Part shown: in pieces, positions 24,301-32,000 of the stretch | Numbering within the stretch: the stretch's first letter is position 1 | Layout: the number at the start of each line of letters is the position of its first letter | Source: an archaeon GW2011_AR10 | GTDB taxonomy: Archaea; Iainarchaeota; Iainarchaeia; Iainarchaeales; GW2011-AR10 | Assembly (NCBI GenBank): GCA_000830275.1 | Contig: CP010424.1 | Coordinates: forward strand, 180,001-212,000 | Length of the DNA stretch: 32,000 nt | Direction of reading: 5' to 3' | Made by a program: the position numbers and the translations under genes | Notes under the pieces: generated by a model | Database searches by the model: none | What the model was told of the DNA's origin: nothing | Seen by the model: the letters and a program-made list of their open reading frames with translations, nothing else

Positions 24301-24518
24301 TCATCAAACCAAACCCTTTCAAGCGTTACCTTGTTGTAGTCTGCTGGAATGTAAATTACGCTTGTGCCCTCGCAGTCAATGCTTTGCCCTGGATGGAAGT
24401 CCTCGCAGATGGTTTCGATTAAGGTTACATATCCTGGGCCTGTTAAGGTGACTGAATCGGCATAGGCAAAGCTTGCTAAAAACAGAAAAATTAACCCAAA
24501 AATAAAGCTTTTACTCAA
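21399..24518 (-). CDS. Surface type-I membrane protein: N-terminal lectin-like beta-sandwich, CxxC-less DsbA-like thioredoxin fold, two cadherin-like repeats and multiple CARDB-like repeats
   Basis: The start is TTG, with signal peptide MSKSFIFGLIFLFLASFAYA. The DsbA-like region is aa 170-325 (23544-24011), and DPFS sits where CPFC is expected (23958-23969). Tandem repeats lie at 22911-23519 and 22197-22892. The C-terminus is PGLISGLLGLAGS plus a TM helix plus RK. Confidence 0.85.
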   Translation of the reverse strand: MSKSFIFGLIFLFLASFAYADSVTLTGPGYVTLIETICEDFHPGQSIDCEGTSVIYIPADYNKVTLERVWFDDDGFVEINGTRVFNDPNTGNCSVNPYPEFPLNANVDITSYVHEGYNTVHAKGIDNCTFPNNYQGDFSYVYVQIRIDFENAPQPVTPQDQLSEPRTGGSNAPVTIEAYLGFQDPFSGKYFTETHDQILSKYGSDVQIIFRNFPLSFHSNAEGAAIAGECAHSQGKFWQYAEILFNNQSNLSNSALKQYASQAGLNENSFNACLDSKQYLPEVLDDLRNGENRDISGTPTFFINGQKLVGAQPFSVFENIIDEELGNNNGSNDAPSISNLPDREIEENSGYSDRLVDLWNYASDAEDSDSELSFSIVSQSSTGLIDCLIVGNRYFECFAPDRDETGTSSIVIEAEDSGGKIDSDSFDVTVFPEDELIQAPRISKLPDKVIEENDGFQERLIDLWDYASDDEDSDSELDFRVSNQTNSSLVDCFISDDRHLECDAPRRNSTGTNLVTVVVEDTDGLEDFETARMIVERSSNGFCSDIDVETRTVFVDEEDVETADFSIRNNSGQDFFIDDVDVFESEREFDVSLVSHDTIARSDDSADLKVRVESNSVSRTEEGFGKIKVSGEFEDGRSCSFDSVGTESFRVVVENVSGGSAVCGNIKIDSFDFSLRENRTETKEIIIRNRSSKDFFVDNVQVSEDSTYLSASVRNEPTKISAFGSAKVEVRFESRAVPSRRTANVTLKVDGSFEDGKSCGFNDIKLTDRITILNTGDAVEADDIEVNVSPASISLEPGRLKKITVGVENNSNSSECFDLSVSSNSASIEASLEDSEFCLSRDNDKEIELTVKALSSARPGNYTVTFKAEGDFPAIINLVKVNVLGEEPRPAEPELEVFGLPQVVELSSSQSKQFSFSIKNNSSSIMTNVVVSIANLPEKVAFEPIVRQQLGARETINVTGTINAAGAEEQDFTALLEVESDQARAVEAFKVSVEAPADEGEEPGLISGLLGLAGSVGLGIILLIILIIVIAIIVALVRK

Positions 24519-24604
24519 TCCAGATGCCCCTATAAATTAATTTGTTACTATTAAGTAGTGACATAGAAGTTATTTAAAAGTATCGATTTCTGCAGCTTTT
24601 GCAC

Positions 24605-25171
24605 TTATTTCCGCTTCAGCATCGAATTCAGCAAATCTGACTTAGTTATAATTCCAACAATCTTGCCCTTCCTTGCCACCAGCACTCCTGCATTGTTTTC
24701 CAACAGTGCCGAAACCGCCCTGAAAGAGCTGTCCCCCATAATTACAGGCATTGCCTCACCCATAACATCTCTTACAATCAGTTTTCCGGCTTTTGTGGGA
24801 TCATTCACTTCATTCATTTTGTCAAGCACCAGTTTCTCTGAAATAGTTCCGATGTTTTTGCCTTCCTCGATTACTGGCAGCTGGGAAACAGCATTCTTTT
24901 CCATTGCTCTTGTTGCATCTTTCAGTGTTGAATCAGGTCTGGCACTTAAAACTTTATGGGCCATAAGCTGATGTGCTCTCAGTTCACTCTCATGGTGCAG
25001 GGACTCAAAAAAATCAAAAAGTTTTTTTGCGTTAGCGTAGCCCGGAATAATGCGGCCGGCCTCGGTTTTTGCAATCAATGACTGGCTTACGCCGGTTTTC
25101 TGCGCCAGTTCAATCTGGGTTAAATCGAATGCCTGCCTTTTTCTTTTCAGCTCTGACAGCTCCGGCAGCAC
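24605..25171 (-). CDS. XRE-type HTH plus CBS-domain-pair regulator
   Basis: The HTH is LTQIELAQKTGVSQSLIAKTEAGRIIPGYANAKKLFDFF. Two CBS motifs follow (...VSQLPVIEEGKNIGTISE... and ...AGVLVARKGKIVGIITKSDLL). The start is GTG. Confidence 0.8.
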   Translation of the reverse strand: MLPELSELKRKRQAFDLTQIELAQKTGVSQSLIAKTEAGRIIPGYANAKKLFDFFESLHHESELRAHQLMAHKVLSARPDSTLKDATRAMEKNAVSQLPVIEEGKNIGTISEKLVLDKMNEVNDPTKAGKLIVRDVMGEAMPVIMGDSSFRAVSALLENNAGVLVARKGKIVGIITKSDLLNSMLKRK

Positions 25172-25248
25172 AAAAAACCACTATTCCTAAAAGAATATTT
25201 TAAACAGAAATTATTATTAAGGTTCCTTTATACTTTATTTAAAGAAAT

Positions 25249-25340
25249 AAATATTGGTTTTTTTTAAATATTGGTTTTTTTAGGTTTTGGAATTTTTGAA
25301 ATTTTTGCATTCAAAGGGTTTTGGAATTTTCGCATTCAAA
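25249..25340 (+). promoter_or_regulatory. metK upstream region: tandem AAATATTGGTTTTTTT repeat (TATA-like) followed by two copies of a GGTTTTGGAATTTT...GCATTCAAA hairpin-forming repeat
   Basis: Repeat 1 is at 25249-25265 and 25266-25281. Repeat 2 is at 25283-25315 (with a 9-nt internal duplication) and 25317-25340. The AAGGAG SD is at 25345-25350 and the ATG at 25359. Confidence 0.45.
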
Positions 25341-25358
25341 TGGAAAGGAGTTGGTTTA

Positions 25359-26513
25359 ATGGCAAGGAATTATTTTTTTACCTCGGAGTCAGTAACTGAG
25401 GCTCACCCGGACAAAATGTGCGACCAAATCAGTGATGCGATTCTTGACGCAATGATAAGGGGTGACCCTAACTCAAGGGTTGCTGTTGAAACAGCGACAA
25501 AAACCGGCCTCATACTTGTCTTTGGCGAGGTTACAACTAAAACATATGTTGACATCCAGAGCATTGTGCGAAACACTATCCGCGAGATAGGTTACAATAA
25601 GCCGGAGTATGGTTTTGATGCGGATGCTTGCTCTGTTCTGATTTCCCTTTCCGAGCAGTCAGGCGACATTGCGCAGGGAGTCAATGCAGGTAAAAGCAAG
25701 GAGCAGGGCGCTGGCGACCAGGGAATGATGTTTGGCTATGCAACCAGCGAAACACCTGAGTTAATGCCTTTGCCAATACTGCTTGCGCACAAGCTCACAA
25801 AAAGGCTTGCAGAGGTTAGGAAAAAAGGAGAGATTTCCTGGATTAGGCCTGACGGCAAAAGCCAAGTCACTATTGAGTATGAGAACGGCAAACCAATAAG
25901 GGCCGATACAATCCTTGTCAGCACGCAGCACAATGATATTCCATACGAGCAGATAAGAAAGGAAGTAATTGAGAAGGTAATAAAGCCAGTGTGCAGGGAG
26001 TGGATTGACAAGAAAACAAAATTCTTGGTTAACCCAACTGGAAGATTTGTTATCGGAGGCCCTGTTGGGGATTCAGGTTTAACCGGGAGAAAAATAATTG
26101 TTGACACTTATGGAGGGGTTGGGGCGCATGGCGGCGGCTCTTTTTCCGGAAAGGACCCCAGTAAGGTTGACCGCTCTGCAGCATACTTTGCAAGGTATGT
26201 TGCAAAGAACATTGTTGCAGCAGGTTTGGCTGAAAAATGTGAAATACAGTTTGCTTACGCAATTGGAATCGCTGAACCAGTTTCAGTTTACGTCAATACT
26301 TTTGGCACTGGAAAGTTGCCGGATGAAAAGCTTGAGAAAATAGTGAAAAAGGTTTTTTCCTTCAAGCCAGCCGACATAATAAAGCACCTTAACCTCAAAA
26401 GGCCAATTTACCGCAAAACAGCTGCTTACGGCCACTTCGGCAGGAGCGAGCCGGAATTCACCTGGGAAAAAACTGACAAAACAAATGAACTGAAAAAAGC
26501 TGCAGGGCTTTAG
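25359..26513 (+). CDS. metK: S-adenosylmethionine synthetase, bacterial/eukaryotic (MetK) type
   Basis: Diagnostic motifs are [37 protein letters not shown] and [23 protein letters not shown]. The start is set at MARNYFF, because the track's 24-aa N-terminal extension covers the repeat region. Confidence 0.95.
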   Translation: MARNYFFTSESVTEAHPDKMCDQISDAILDAMIRGDPNSRVAVETATKTGLILVFGEVTTKTYVDIQSIVRNTIREIGYNKPEYGFDADACSVLISLSEQSGDIAQGVNAGKSKEQGAGDQGMMFGYATSETPELMPLPILLAHKLTKRLAEVRKKGEISWIRPDGKSQVTIEYENGKPIRADTILVSTQHNDIPYEQIRKEVIEKVIKPVCREWIDKKTKFLVNPTGRFVIGGPVGDSGLTGRKIIVDTYGGVGAHGGGSFSGKDPSKVDRSAAYFARYVAKNIVAAGLAEKCEIQFAYAIGIAEPVSVYVNTFGTGKLPDEKLEKIVKKVFSFKPADIIKHLNLKRPIYRKTAAYGHFGRSEPEFTWEKTDKTNELKKAAGL

Positions 26514-26567
26514 TCTCAGAGAAGATTTTTATACTTCTTTTCCGCTATTTATTGTGGCGGTTACTGA

Positions 26568-26927
26568 ATGAGGCTTCCTCCAAAAAAATTCAAGGCAGCG
26601 GTCGGCCATTTGAAAAGCACTGGGCTTTCTGTTCAAGAAAGAAGGCAAAGGGTTGAGGGGGCCTTCAAGCAGGCTGAAAAAAGTTTTGGAGCCTATGAGA
26701 CAAATATAAGCAGACTTACGAGGGCAAAAAGAATCAACTCTGAGCAAGGGCATATCCGGCAGTTGGAGTCCGAATTAAGACTGCTTAGAGAAAAGCCAAA
26801 CCTAACCATTGAAGATTTTGTCAAGGAAGAGGAAATTGCCGCAAAGCTTGCTCTTTTCAGGAAGCTGTTAGCAAAAGATAAGGCAGATTTTGCGGCAGCG
26901 CAGGCGAAGTACAGGCCCAAGCAATAA
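26568..26927 (+). CDS. Hypothetical coiled-coil protein
   Basis: This is a 119 aa ORF that is charged and heptad-like (QLESELRLLREK...AAKLALFRKLLAKDKADFAAAQAKY). I recognise no family. Confidence 0.5.
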   Translation: MRLPPKKFKAAVGHLKSTGLSVQERRQRVEGAFKQAEKSFGAYETNISRLTRAKRINSEQGHIRQLESELRLLREKPNLTIEDFVKEEEIAAKLALFRKLLAKDKADFAAAQAKYRPKQ

Positions 26928-26962
26928 TTCTATTTTTATTTTTTTCCTAAATTGCTTTACTA

Positions 26963-27418
26963 ATGCTTGAAGACTTCATTGGGGTGAACGGCCTCAAGGC
27001 GAAACTATTCGAGGTTTCCTCCAGGGTTGTTTCAGTGAAAGATGTGGGGGAAAAAGTGGGGATTCCCTCTGAAGACAACGCCAAATCGCTTCTTTTCATA
27101 ACACCTGAAAACACTCCTGTTTTGGCTGTGGTGTTGGGCCACACAAGGGTTGACACAAAAAAACTCAAAAGCGTTTTAGGGGTTAAAGATGTCAGGCTTG
27201 CAGAACCAAGGGAAGTGCTGGAGATAACAGGCTACGAGGTTGGCGGGGTTCCTCCTGTTTCGGTTTACGGCGTTAAAACACTCCTTGACAAGCAAGTAAC
27301 CAAAAAAGACCTTGTTGTCTGCGGCGGTGGTGACACAATGCACTTGCTGAAAATCTCGCCAAAAGAAATCATTGAGCACAATGAAGAAATTTCTGTTGAA
27401 GATATAGCCAAGGAATAG
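26963..27418 (+). CDS. YbaK/ProX-like aminoacyl-tRNA trans-editing domain protein
   Basis: The size (151 aa) and the pattern ...AKSLLF...PVLAVVLGHTRVDTKKL...ITGYEVGGVPPVS...VVCGGG are typical of YbaK/EbsC-family deacylases. Confidence 0.75.
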   Translation: MLEDFIGVNGLKAKLFEVSSRVVSVKDVGEKVGIPSEDNAKSLLFITPENTPVLAVVLGHTRVDTKKLKSVLGVKDVRLAEPREVLEITGYEVGGVPPVSVYGVKTLLDKQVTKKDLVVCGGGDTMHLLKISPKEIIEHNEEISVEDIAKE

Positions 27419-27461
27419 TTTTATAGCGGATTTTTAACAACCCAAAGAAATCCACCGAATA

Positions 27462-29513
27462 TTACAAAAACAGCGGCAGCAGCACCAATGTTATTGTTCC
27501 CAGGAGCTTGATGAGCACGTGAAGCGAGGGCCCTGCAGTATCTTTGAGCGGATCACCAACAGTGTCACCGGTAATGGATGCCTTGTGGGCGTCGCTTCCT
27601 TTGCCGCCAAAGTTTCCTTCCTCAATGAATTTTTTTGCGTTATCCATTGCCCCGCCGCCATTGTTCATGAACAAAGCAGTAATTATTCCAGTAATGGTTC
27701 CAACCATCAAAAAAGCGCCAACCGCCTCTGCCTTCAAAACCATGCCGACAACAACTGTTGTAGCAAGCACAAGCAAGCCAGGCAGCATCATTTCTTTTAA
27801 GGATGCCTGAACGCAGATGTCAACGCAGCGCGCGTAATCAGGCTTTGCCTTGCCCTTCATTATGCCGGGAATTTCCTTGAACTGCCTACGCACCTCGTTT
27901 ATTATTGAGTAAGCTGTTTTTCCGACAGCCTTGATTGCAAGAGAACTGAAAACAAACACAAGCATTGCCCCTAAAAGCGCTCCAACAAACACAGGCACCT
28001 TTGAAATGTCTATTGCTGAAAGCTCTGCATCAACCATGAACGCAGAGAAAAGCAAAAATGCTGCAAGCCCGGCTGAGCCGACAGCGTAACCCTTTGTAAG
28101 CGCCTTTGTAGTGTTTCCAACAGCGTCAAGCCTGTCAGTGATTTTTCGCACCTTTTCAGGCTGCTTTGACATCTCAACAATTCCGCCGGCATTATCAGTT
28201 ATTGGCCCAAACGTGTCCATTGACAAAACAAATGCTGCTGTGGAAAGCATTCCCATTGTTGCAACAGCGGTTCCAAACAAGCCACCGTGCTCCACGCCGC
28301 TTGCCTGGCCCAGCATGAATGAGAATATCAGAGCGGCGCCCAAGGTAACTATTGGCAGGCCAGTGCTTTCAAGCCCAACTGCAAGCCCTGAAATAATGTT
28401 TGTCGCGTGCCCGGTTTTTGAGGCCTCAGCAATGGACCTTACTGGGCTGAACCTTCTTTCAGTGTAATAAGTTGTAATCCACAAAAACAATATTGAGGTG
28501 GCAATTCCTACTAAACCTGCAAAGAAAAAGAAAATGTTTCCCAAAAGAAACTCTGACACCACAAAGAAGCCAAGTGCGCACAGCAATGCCGTAACGTAAA
28601 ATCCCCTGTTCAGCGCATTCATTGGGTCCTCTGTTTCCTTTGCGTTGACAGAGAGGATGCCAATTATTGATGCTATCAGTCCTGCTGCGCGAGCAACAAG
28701 CGGGAACAAAATTCCATTCAACCCAAAAACAGGGAAGAGTGCAACTCCCAAAATCATTGCACCAATGTTTTCTGCTGCGGTTGATTCAAACAAGTCAGCT
28801 CCGCGGCCGGCACAATCCCCCACATTGTCTCCGACAAGGTCGGCAATTACCGCTGGGTTTCTTGGGTCATCTTCCGGAATGCCTGCTTCAATCTTTCCAA
28901 CAAGGTCAGCGCCAACATCAGCTGCTTTGGTGTAAATTCCGCCGCCGAGTTGTGCAAATAGTGCCACAAAGCTCGCGCCAAAACCGTATCCAACAATAAC
29001 AAACGGTATTTCTTCTGCGCTTAACCCAAAAATCGCGCCAAAAGCAACATAAATGAGTGAAATGCCCAAAAGAGACATTGCGACAATGGTTATTGCTGAG
29101 ACAGCGCCGCCCCAAAGCGAAATCCGGAGAGCTTCCCGCATGCTGCGGGTTGAAGCAGAAGCAACCCTGATGTTTGCTCTTACAGAAATCCACATCCCGA
29201 TTATTCCTGCAAGGCCGGAAGAAAACGCTCCGAAAATAAATGCAATTGATGTCTGGGTTCCAAGCTCCTGTTTTCCGATAAAAAAGTAAGCAGCATAAAT
29301 AATAACTGCAAGTGCGAGTGACAAGAGGCCTATTGTAAGGTACTGCCTCTTAATGAATGCGTGCGCTCCTTCCGCAATCGCATCACTGATTTCGCGCATT
29401 TTTTCTGTTCCAGTGTCCTTGCTTAACACCCACCGGGCCAACGCGCCTGCCACTAGGAGGGCAAAAACAGAAATTCCAAGCACTAGGAGGATCAAATCAA
29501 CCATACTCAACAT
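27462..29513 (-). CDS. hppA: Membrane-bound proton-translocating pyrophosphatase, with the K+-independent-type signature
   Basis: Diagnostic motifs are GDNVGDCAGRGADLFES, DNAGGI and GDTVGDPLKDTAGPSLH. GNTTKALTKGYAVGSA has Lys where K+-dependent enzymes have Ala. Confidence 0.95.
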   Translation of the reverse strand: MLSMVDLILLVLGISVFALLVAGALARWVLSKDTGTEKMREISDAIAEGAHAFIKRQYLTIGLLSLALAVIIYAAYFFIGKQELGTQTSIAFIFGAFSSGLAGIIGMWISVRANIRVASASTRSMREALRISLWGGAVSAITIVAMSLLGISLIYVAFGAIFGLSAEEIPFVIVGYGFGASFVALFAQLGGGIYTKAADVGADLVGKIEAGIPEDDPRNPAVIADLVGDNVGDCAGRGADLFESTAAENIGAMILGVALFPVFGLNGILFPLVARAAGLIASIIGILSVNAKETEDPMNALNRGFYVTALLCALGFFVVSEFLLGNIFFFFAGLVGIATSILFLWITTYYTERRFSPVRSIAEASKTGHATNIISGLAVGLESTGLPIVTLGAALIFSFMLGQASGVEHGGLFGTAVATMGMLSTAAFVLSMDTFGPITDNAGGIVEMSKQPEKVRKITDRLDAVGNTTKALTKGYAVGSAGLAAFLLFSAFMVDAELSAIDISKVPVFVGALLGAMLVFVFSSLAIKAVGKTAYSIINEVRRQFKEIPGIMKGKAKPDYARCVDICVQASLKEMMLPGLLVLATTVVVGMVLKAEAVGAFLMVGTITGIITALFMNNGGGAMDNAKKFIEEGNFGGKGSDAHKASITGDTVGDPLKDTAGPSLHVLIKLLGTITLVLLPLFL

Positions 29514-29580
29514 TTTTTACAAAGACAAAAATAAATATCTTTTGGTCTTGAAATGGAGAGTCGGGGTATAGCGAACAGCT

Positions 29581-30813
29581 TTAATTTTTCCTTTTCCTGC
29601 TTTTCTTTAGGTTTTCCAGCGCTGACACAAAAATATCCACTTCTTCTTTCGTGTTATACAAATAAAATGAGGCCCTGCATAAGCCCTTGCTGTTAAGGCT
29701 TTTCACTAATGGTTCAGCGCAAAGCATTCCTGAGCGGACTGAAATGTTCTGCATTTCATCCAACGCAATCGCGACATCATGGCAGTCAAATGGCGGCAAA
29801 CCAAACATAACGATTGCGGCCTGCTTTTCTGGGTTGCTGGGGCAGAAAAGTTTCAGTGCACTGTTTTCCCGGAGCCCAATTATTGCCTGCTCTGTTAATG
29901 CCTTGTCATGTTTTCTGATGTTCTCCAGGCCAATTTCCTCCAAGAAATCAATCGCTTTGCCTAAAGCAATTGCTTCCGCAATTGCAGGGGTGCCTGCCTC
30001 GAATTTGAATGGAACCTCATTCCACTCGGTTTTCTCCAAGCCAACTGAACTAATCATGTCACCGCCGAAAAGAAACGGTGGCATTCCCTCCAACAGTTCC
30101 TGCTTTGCGTAAAGCGCTCCGATTCCGGTTGGACCGAGCATTTTGTGGCCTGAAAACGCAAGAAAGTCAATGCCTGTTTTTTTTACTTCAACAGGAAAAT
30201 GGCCAACGCTTTGCGCGGCGTCAACCAAGCAAAGCGCTCCAGCATCATGCGCTGCTTCCGTTAACTCTCTTACTGGACTAATGCTTCCAACAGTGTTTGA
30301 GGCATGCGCTACTGCAACCAGTTTTGTTTTTTTGGAAATTTTTTTATGAAAATCAGCCACATCAAGAGTAAAGTCTCCATTCAATTCAGCAACCTTCAGT
30401 TTAACCCCTGCTGTATCACGCAAAAACTGCCATGGAACAAGGTTAGAGTGGTGCTCCAGTTTAGTGATTAATATTTCGTCTCCTCTCCGGAAAAACCCCT
30501 TGCGGTGCAGTGAATTCATCACAAGGTTAATTGCCTCGGTTGCGTTCTTGGTGAAAACAATTTCTTTCTGCTCCGCGCCTACTAGCCCGGCAACTTTTTT
30601 CCTCGCTCCCTCGAATTCTTTGGTTGAAGCTTCAGCCAACGAGTGAACGCCGCGGTGCACGTTTGCCCCAAGCTCCTCATTGTAGTGTGCAAGCGCGCCG
30701 GTAACTGTTTTTGGCTTCAGTGAGGTTGCAGCGCTGTCCAAGTAAACAAGTGGCTTCCCATCAACCCTGCGCTCAAGAATCGGAAACTCTTTCCTTATTC
30801 TTTCAGTATTCAT
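29581..30813 (-). CDS. Cysteine desulfurase, class V aminotransferase (SufS/CsdA-like)
   Basis: The PLP lysine sits in FSGHKMLGPTGIGALY and the catalytic Cys in RSGMLCAEP. The protein is 410 aa. There are no sufBCDE genes in the window. Confidence 0.9.
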   Translation of the reverse strand: MNTERIRKEFPILERRVDGKPLVYLDSAATSLKPKTVTGALAHYNEELGANVHRGVHSLAEASTKEFEGARKKVAGLVGAEQKEIVFTKNATEAINLVMNSLHRKGFFRRGDEILITKLEHHSNLVPWQFLRDTAGVKLKVAELNGDFTLDVADFHKKISKKTKLVAVAHASNTVGSISPVRELTEAAHDAGALCLVDAAQSVGHFPVEVKKTGIDFLAFSGHKMLGPTGIGALYAKQELLEGMPPFLFGGDMISSVGLEKTEWNEVPFKFEAGTPAIAEAIALGKAIDFLEEIGLENIRKHDKALTEQAIIGLRENSALKLFCPSNPEKQAAIVMFGLPPFDCHDVAIALDEMQNISVRSGMLCAEPLVKSLNSKGLCRASFYLYNTKEEVDIFVSALENLKKSRKRKN

Positions 30814-30850
30814 ATTAATTCATCCAATTAATTAATATTTTAAAAGAAAT

Positions 30851-30901
30851 ATAATACCACAATAATACCGCATAATAACACATAATAGTGGTAATAGTGG
30901 G
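30851..30901. promoter_or_regulatory. Five helically phased (10-11 bp) ATAATA-NNNN repeats in the divergent promoter region
   Basis: The repeats are ATAATACCAC A ATAATACCGC ATAATAACAC ATAATAGTGG TAATAGTGGG. They lie between the desulfurase start (30813, minus) and the PHP gene start (30920, plus). Confidence 0.35.
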
Positions 30902-30919
30902 CATTAAGGAGTGTTTCAA

Positions 30920-31579
30920 TTGAAGCTGGACATGCACGTTCACTGCAACCATTCAAGTGACGCAATTTCAAAGCCTGAAACAATAATGCAAACAGCAAAA
31001 AGCAAGGGCCTTGTTGTTGCAATAACCGACCACAACACTGTTTCAGCTTGGCCGCTGTTCCAAAAACTTTCAAAGGAAATGAGCTGGCCTTTCATTCAAG
31101 GAGAGGAAGTTAAAGTAATTGAAAGCGGCAAATGCACTGGCGAAATTATAGGTTTGTTTCTGCAGGGAAAAGTGAAGCCTGGGAGCGCTGGCGAGGTTTT
31201 TGACGCAATTCACGGCCAAGGAGGCCTTGCAATGGTCGTGCACCCTTTTGATGTGTTCCGGAACGACTTCCATGGCCTTAAGGATTTTGTGAAAAGAATT
31301 GACCTATTGGAAGTGTTTAACTCCCGCACAACGCTTGAAAGCCACAACAAAAAAGCCTTTGAATTCGCTGAAAAACATGGTTTGCCAAAAACAGCCAACA
31401 GCGATGCGCACATTCCTGAGGAAATCGGGATGTCATTCACTGAGGTTAATGCATCCACGCTTGAAGAGGCCCGCAGGGAACTCCTCATGGGCAGGGCAAA
31501 ACTGCACACAGAAAAATCCCCAATAACAGTGCACTTTTACACTACGCTTGCAAAGCTTAACCTAGTAAAGGACAGGTAA
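30920..31579 (+). CDS. PHP-domain metal-dependent phosphoesterase
   Basis: Motifs are KLDMHVHCNHSSDA, ITDHNT, VHPFD and NSDAH. TTG at 30920 is preferred because AAGGAG (30906-30911) lies 8 nt upstream. The track start at 30911 is GTG. Confidence 0.8.
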   Translation: MKLDMHVHCNHSSDAISKPETIMQTAKSKGLVVAITDHNTVSAWPLFQKLSKEMSWPFIQGEEVKVIESGKCTGEIIGLFLQGKVKPGSAGEVFDAIHGQGGLAMVVHPFDVFRNDFHGLKDFVKRIDLLEVFNSRTTLESHNKKAFEFAEKHGLPKTANSDAHIPEEIGMSFTEVNASTLEEARRELLMGRAKLHTEKSPITVHFYTTLAKLNLVKDR

Positions 31580-31652
31580 TTGTGCAGGAAAATTTGGCTA
31601 ATGGAATAAATTAATGCAATCGTTTAAATACAGGAAAGCAGAAATTATTACG

Positions 31653-32000
31653 ATGAAGTCCTCGCTTGAAATTGCCCAGAAAGCAAAACTGAAGCCGATT
31701 TCAAATATTGCAAAGAAGCTTTCACTCAAGGAAAAAGACCTAGAGCAGTATGGAAACTTTATTGCAAAAGTTGATGTAGGGCTATTGAAAAAAATGAAAA
31801 ACAAGCGCGACGGAAAACTTGTTCTTATAACTGCAATGACTCCAACCAGCAGGGGCGAAGGCAAGACAACAATTACGGTTGGGTTAGCCCAAGCGCTTCA
31901 GCGCCTTGGCAAAAAATCAATGATTTGTCTGCGCGAGCCATCGCTGGGCCCTTTATTCGGCATTAAGGGCGGCGCTGCAGGCGGCGGCTACAGCCAAGTG
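31653..32000 (+). CDS. fhs: Formate--tetrahydrofolate ligase, N-terminal 116 codons (runs off the window)
   Basis: Manual translation from ATG at 31653 gives MKSSLEIAQKAKLKPISNIAKKLSL...LITAMTPTSRGEGKTTITVGLAQAL...CLREPSLGPLFGIKGGAAGGGYSQV. These are canonical FTHFS motifs. It is missing from the ORF track because there is no stop inside the window. Confidence 0.9.
   Translation, partial: MKSSLEIAQKAKLKPISNIAKKLSLKEKDLEQYGNFIAKVDVGLLKKMKNKRDGKLVLITAMTPTSRGEGKTTITVGLAQALQRLGKKSMICLREPSLGPLFGIKGGAAGGGYSQV

Noticed and set aside
25287-25358. 24-codon N-terminal extension of metK from the track's TTG start
   Set aside because: MetK homologues begin near the FTSESV motif. The extension is made of the tandem DNA repeats, and ATG at 25359 has an AAGGAG SD about 8 nt upstream.
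30840-31073. 77-aa minus-strand ORF
   Set aside because: It spans the AT-rich divergent promoter repeats and overlaps the 5' end of the PHP gene on the opposite strand, with no supporting features.

Overview
This is a densely coding 32 kb fragment that reads as archaeal. It has three tRNA genes, and two tRNA-Ser genes carry 80 and about 114 nt anticodon-loop introns. It also has TrmB and Lrp/AsnC regulators, AT-rich TATA-like boxes, oligo-T tracts after genes, and both Shine-Dalgarno-led and apparently leaderless starts. The gene content suggests a small-genome, DPANN-like archaeon, but that is inference, not a database result. Supporting points are bacterial-type MetK, a type-I-like GAPDH, Rpe, FTHFS, H+-PPase, a lone SufS-like desulfurase, and very heavy investment in secreted proteins. 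Housekeeping and ordinary genes include an SPFH protein, a HIT protein, DUF192, three small-molecule-type SAM methyltransferases, rpe, metK, a YbaK-like editing domain, hppA, a cysteine desulfurase, a PHP phosphoesterase and fhs (3' truncated by the window). About 40 percent of the window (11.8-24.5 kb) encodes surface proteins. One is an 882-891 aa secreted protein with G/P/Q/F-rich low-complexity regions and an 8-Cys C-terminus. It is followed by a TrmB regulator and a tight four-gene operon (1039, 330, 556 and 1030 aa). All four operon products look like type-I membrane proteins built from repeated beta-sandwich modules. Added modules are a MIDAS-type vWA domain, cadherin-like repeats, and a DsbA-like thioredoxin fold whose CxxC motif reads DPFS. 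All four share an [SA]-G-L-[LA]-x-L motif just before the C-terminal TM helix. The second interesting layer is non-coding. Both tRNA-Ser genes sit behind conserved, modular, hairpin-rich leader elements whose stems show compensatory substitutions. All three tRNAs have partial copies of their 3' ends or trailers nearby. A five-hairpin array lies between the secreted-protein gene and trmB, and tandem repeats and hairpins lie in the metK leader opposite an HTH-CBS regulator. I could not recognise any integrase, transposase, CRISPR array, restriction-modification system or known defence system.
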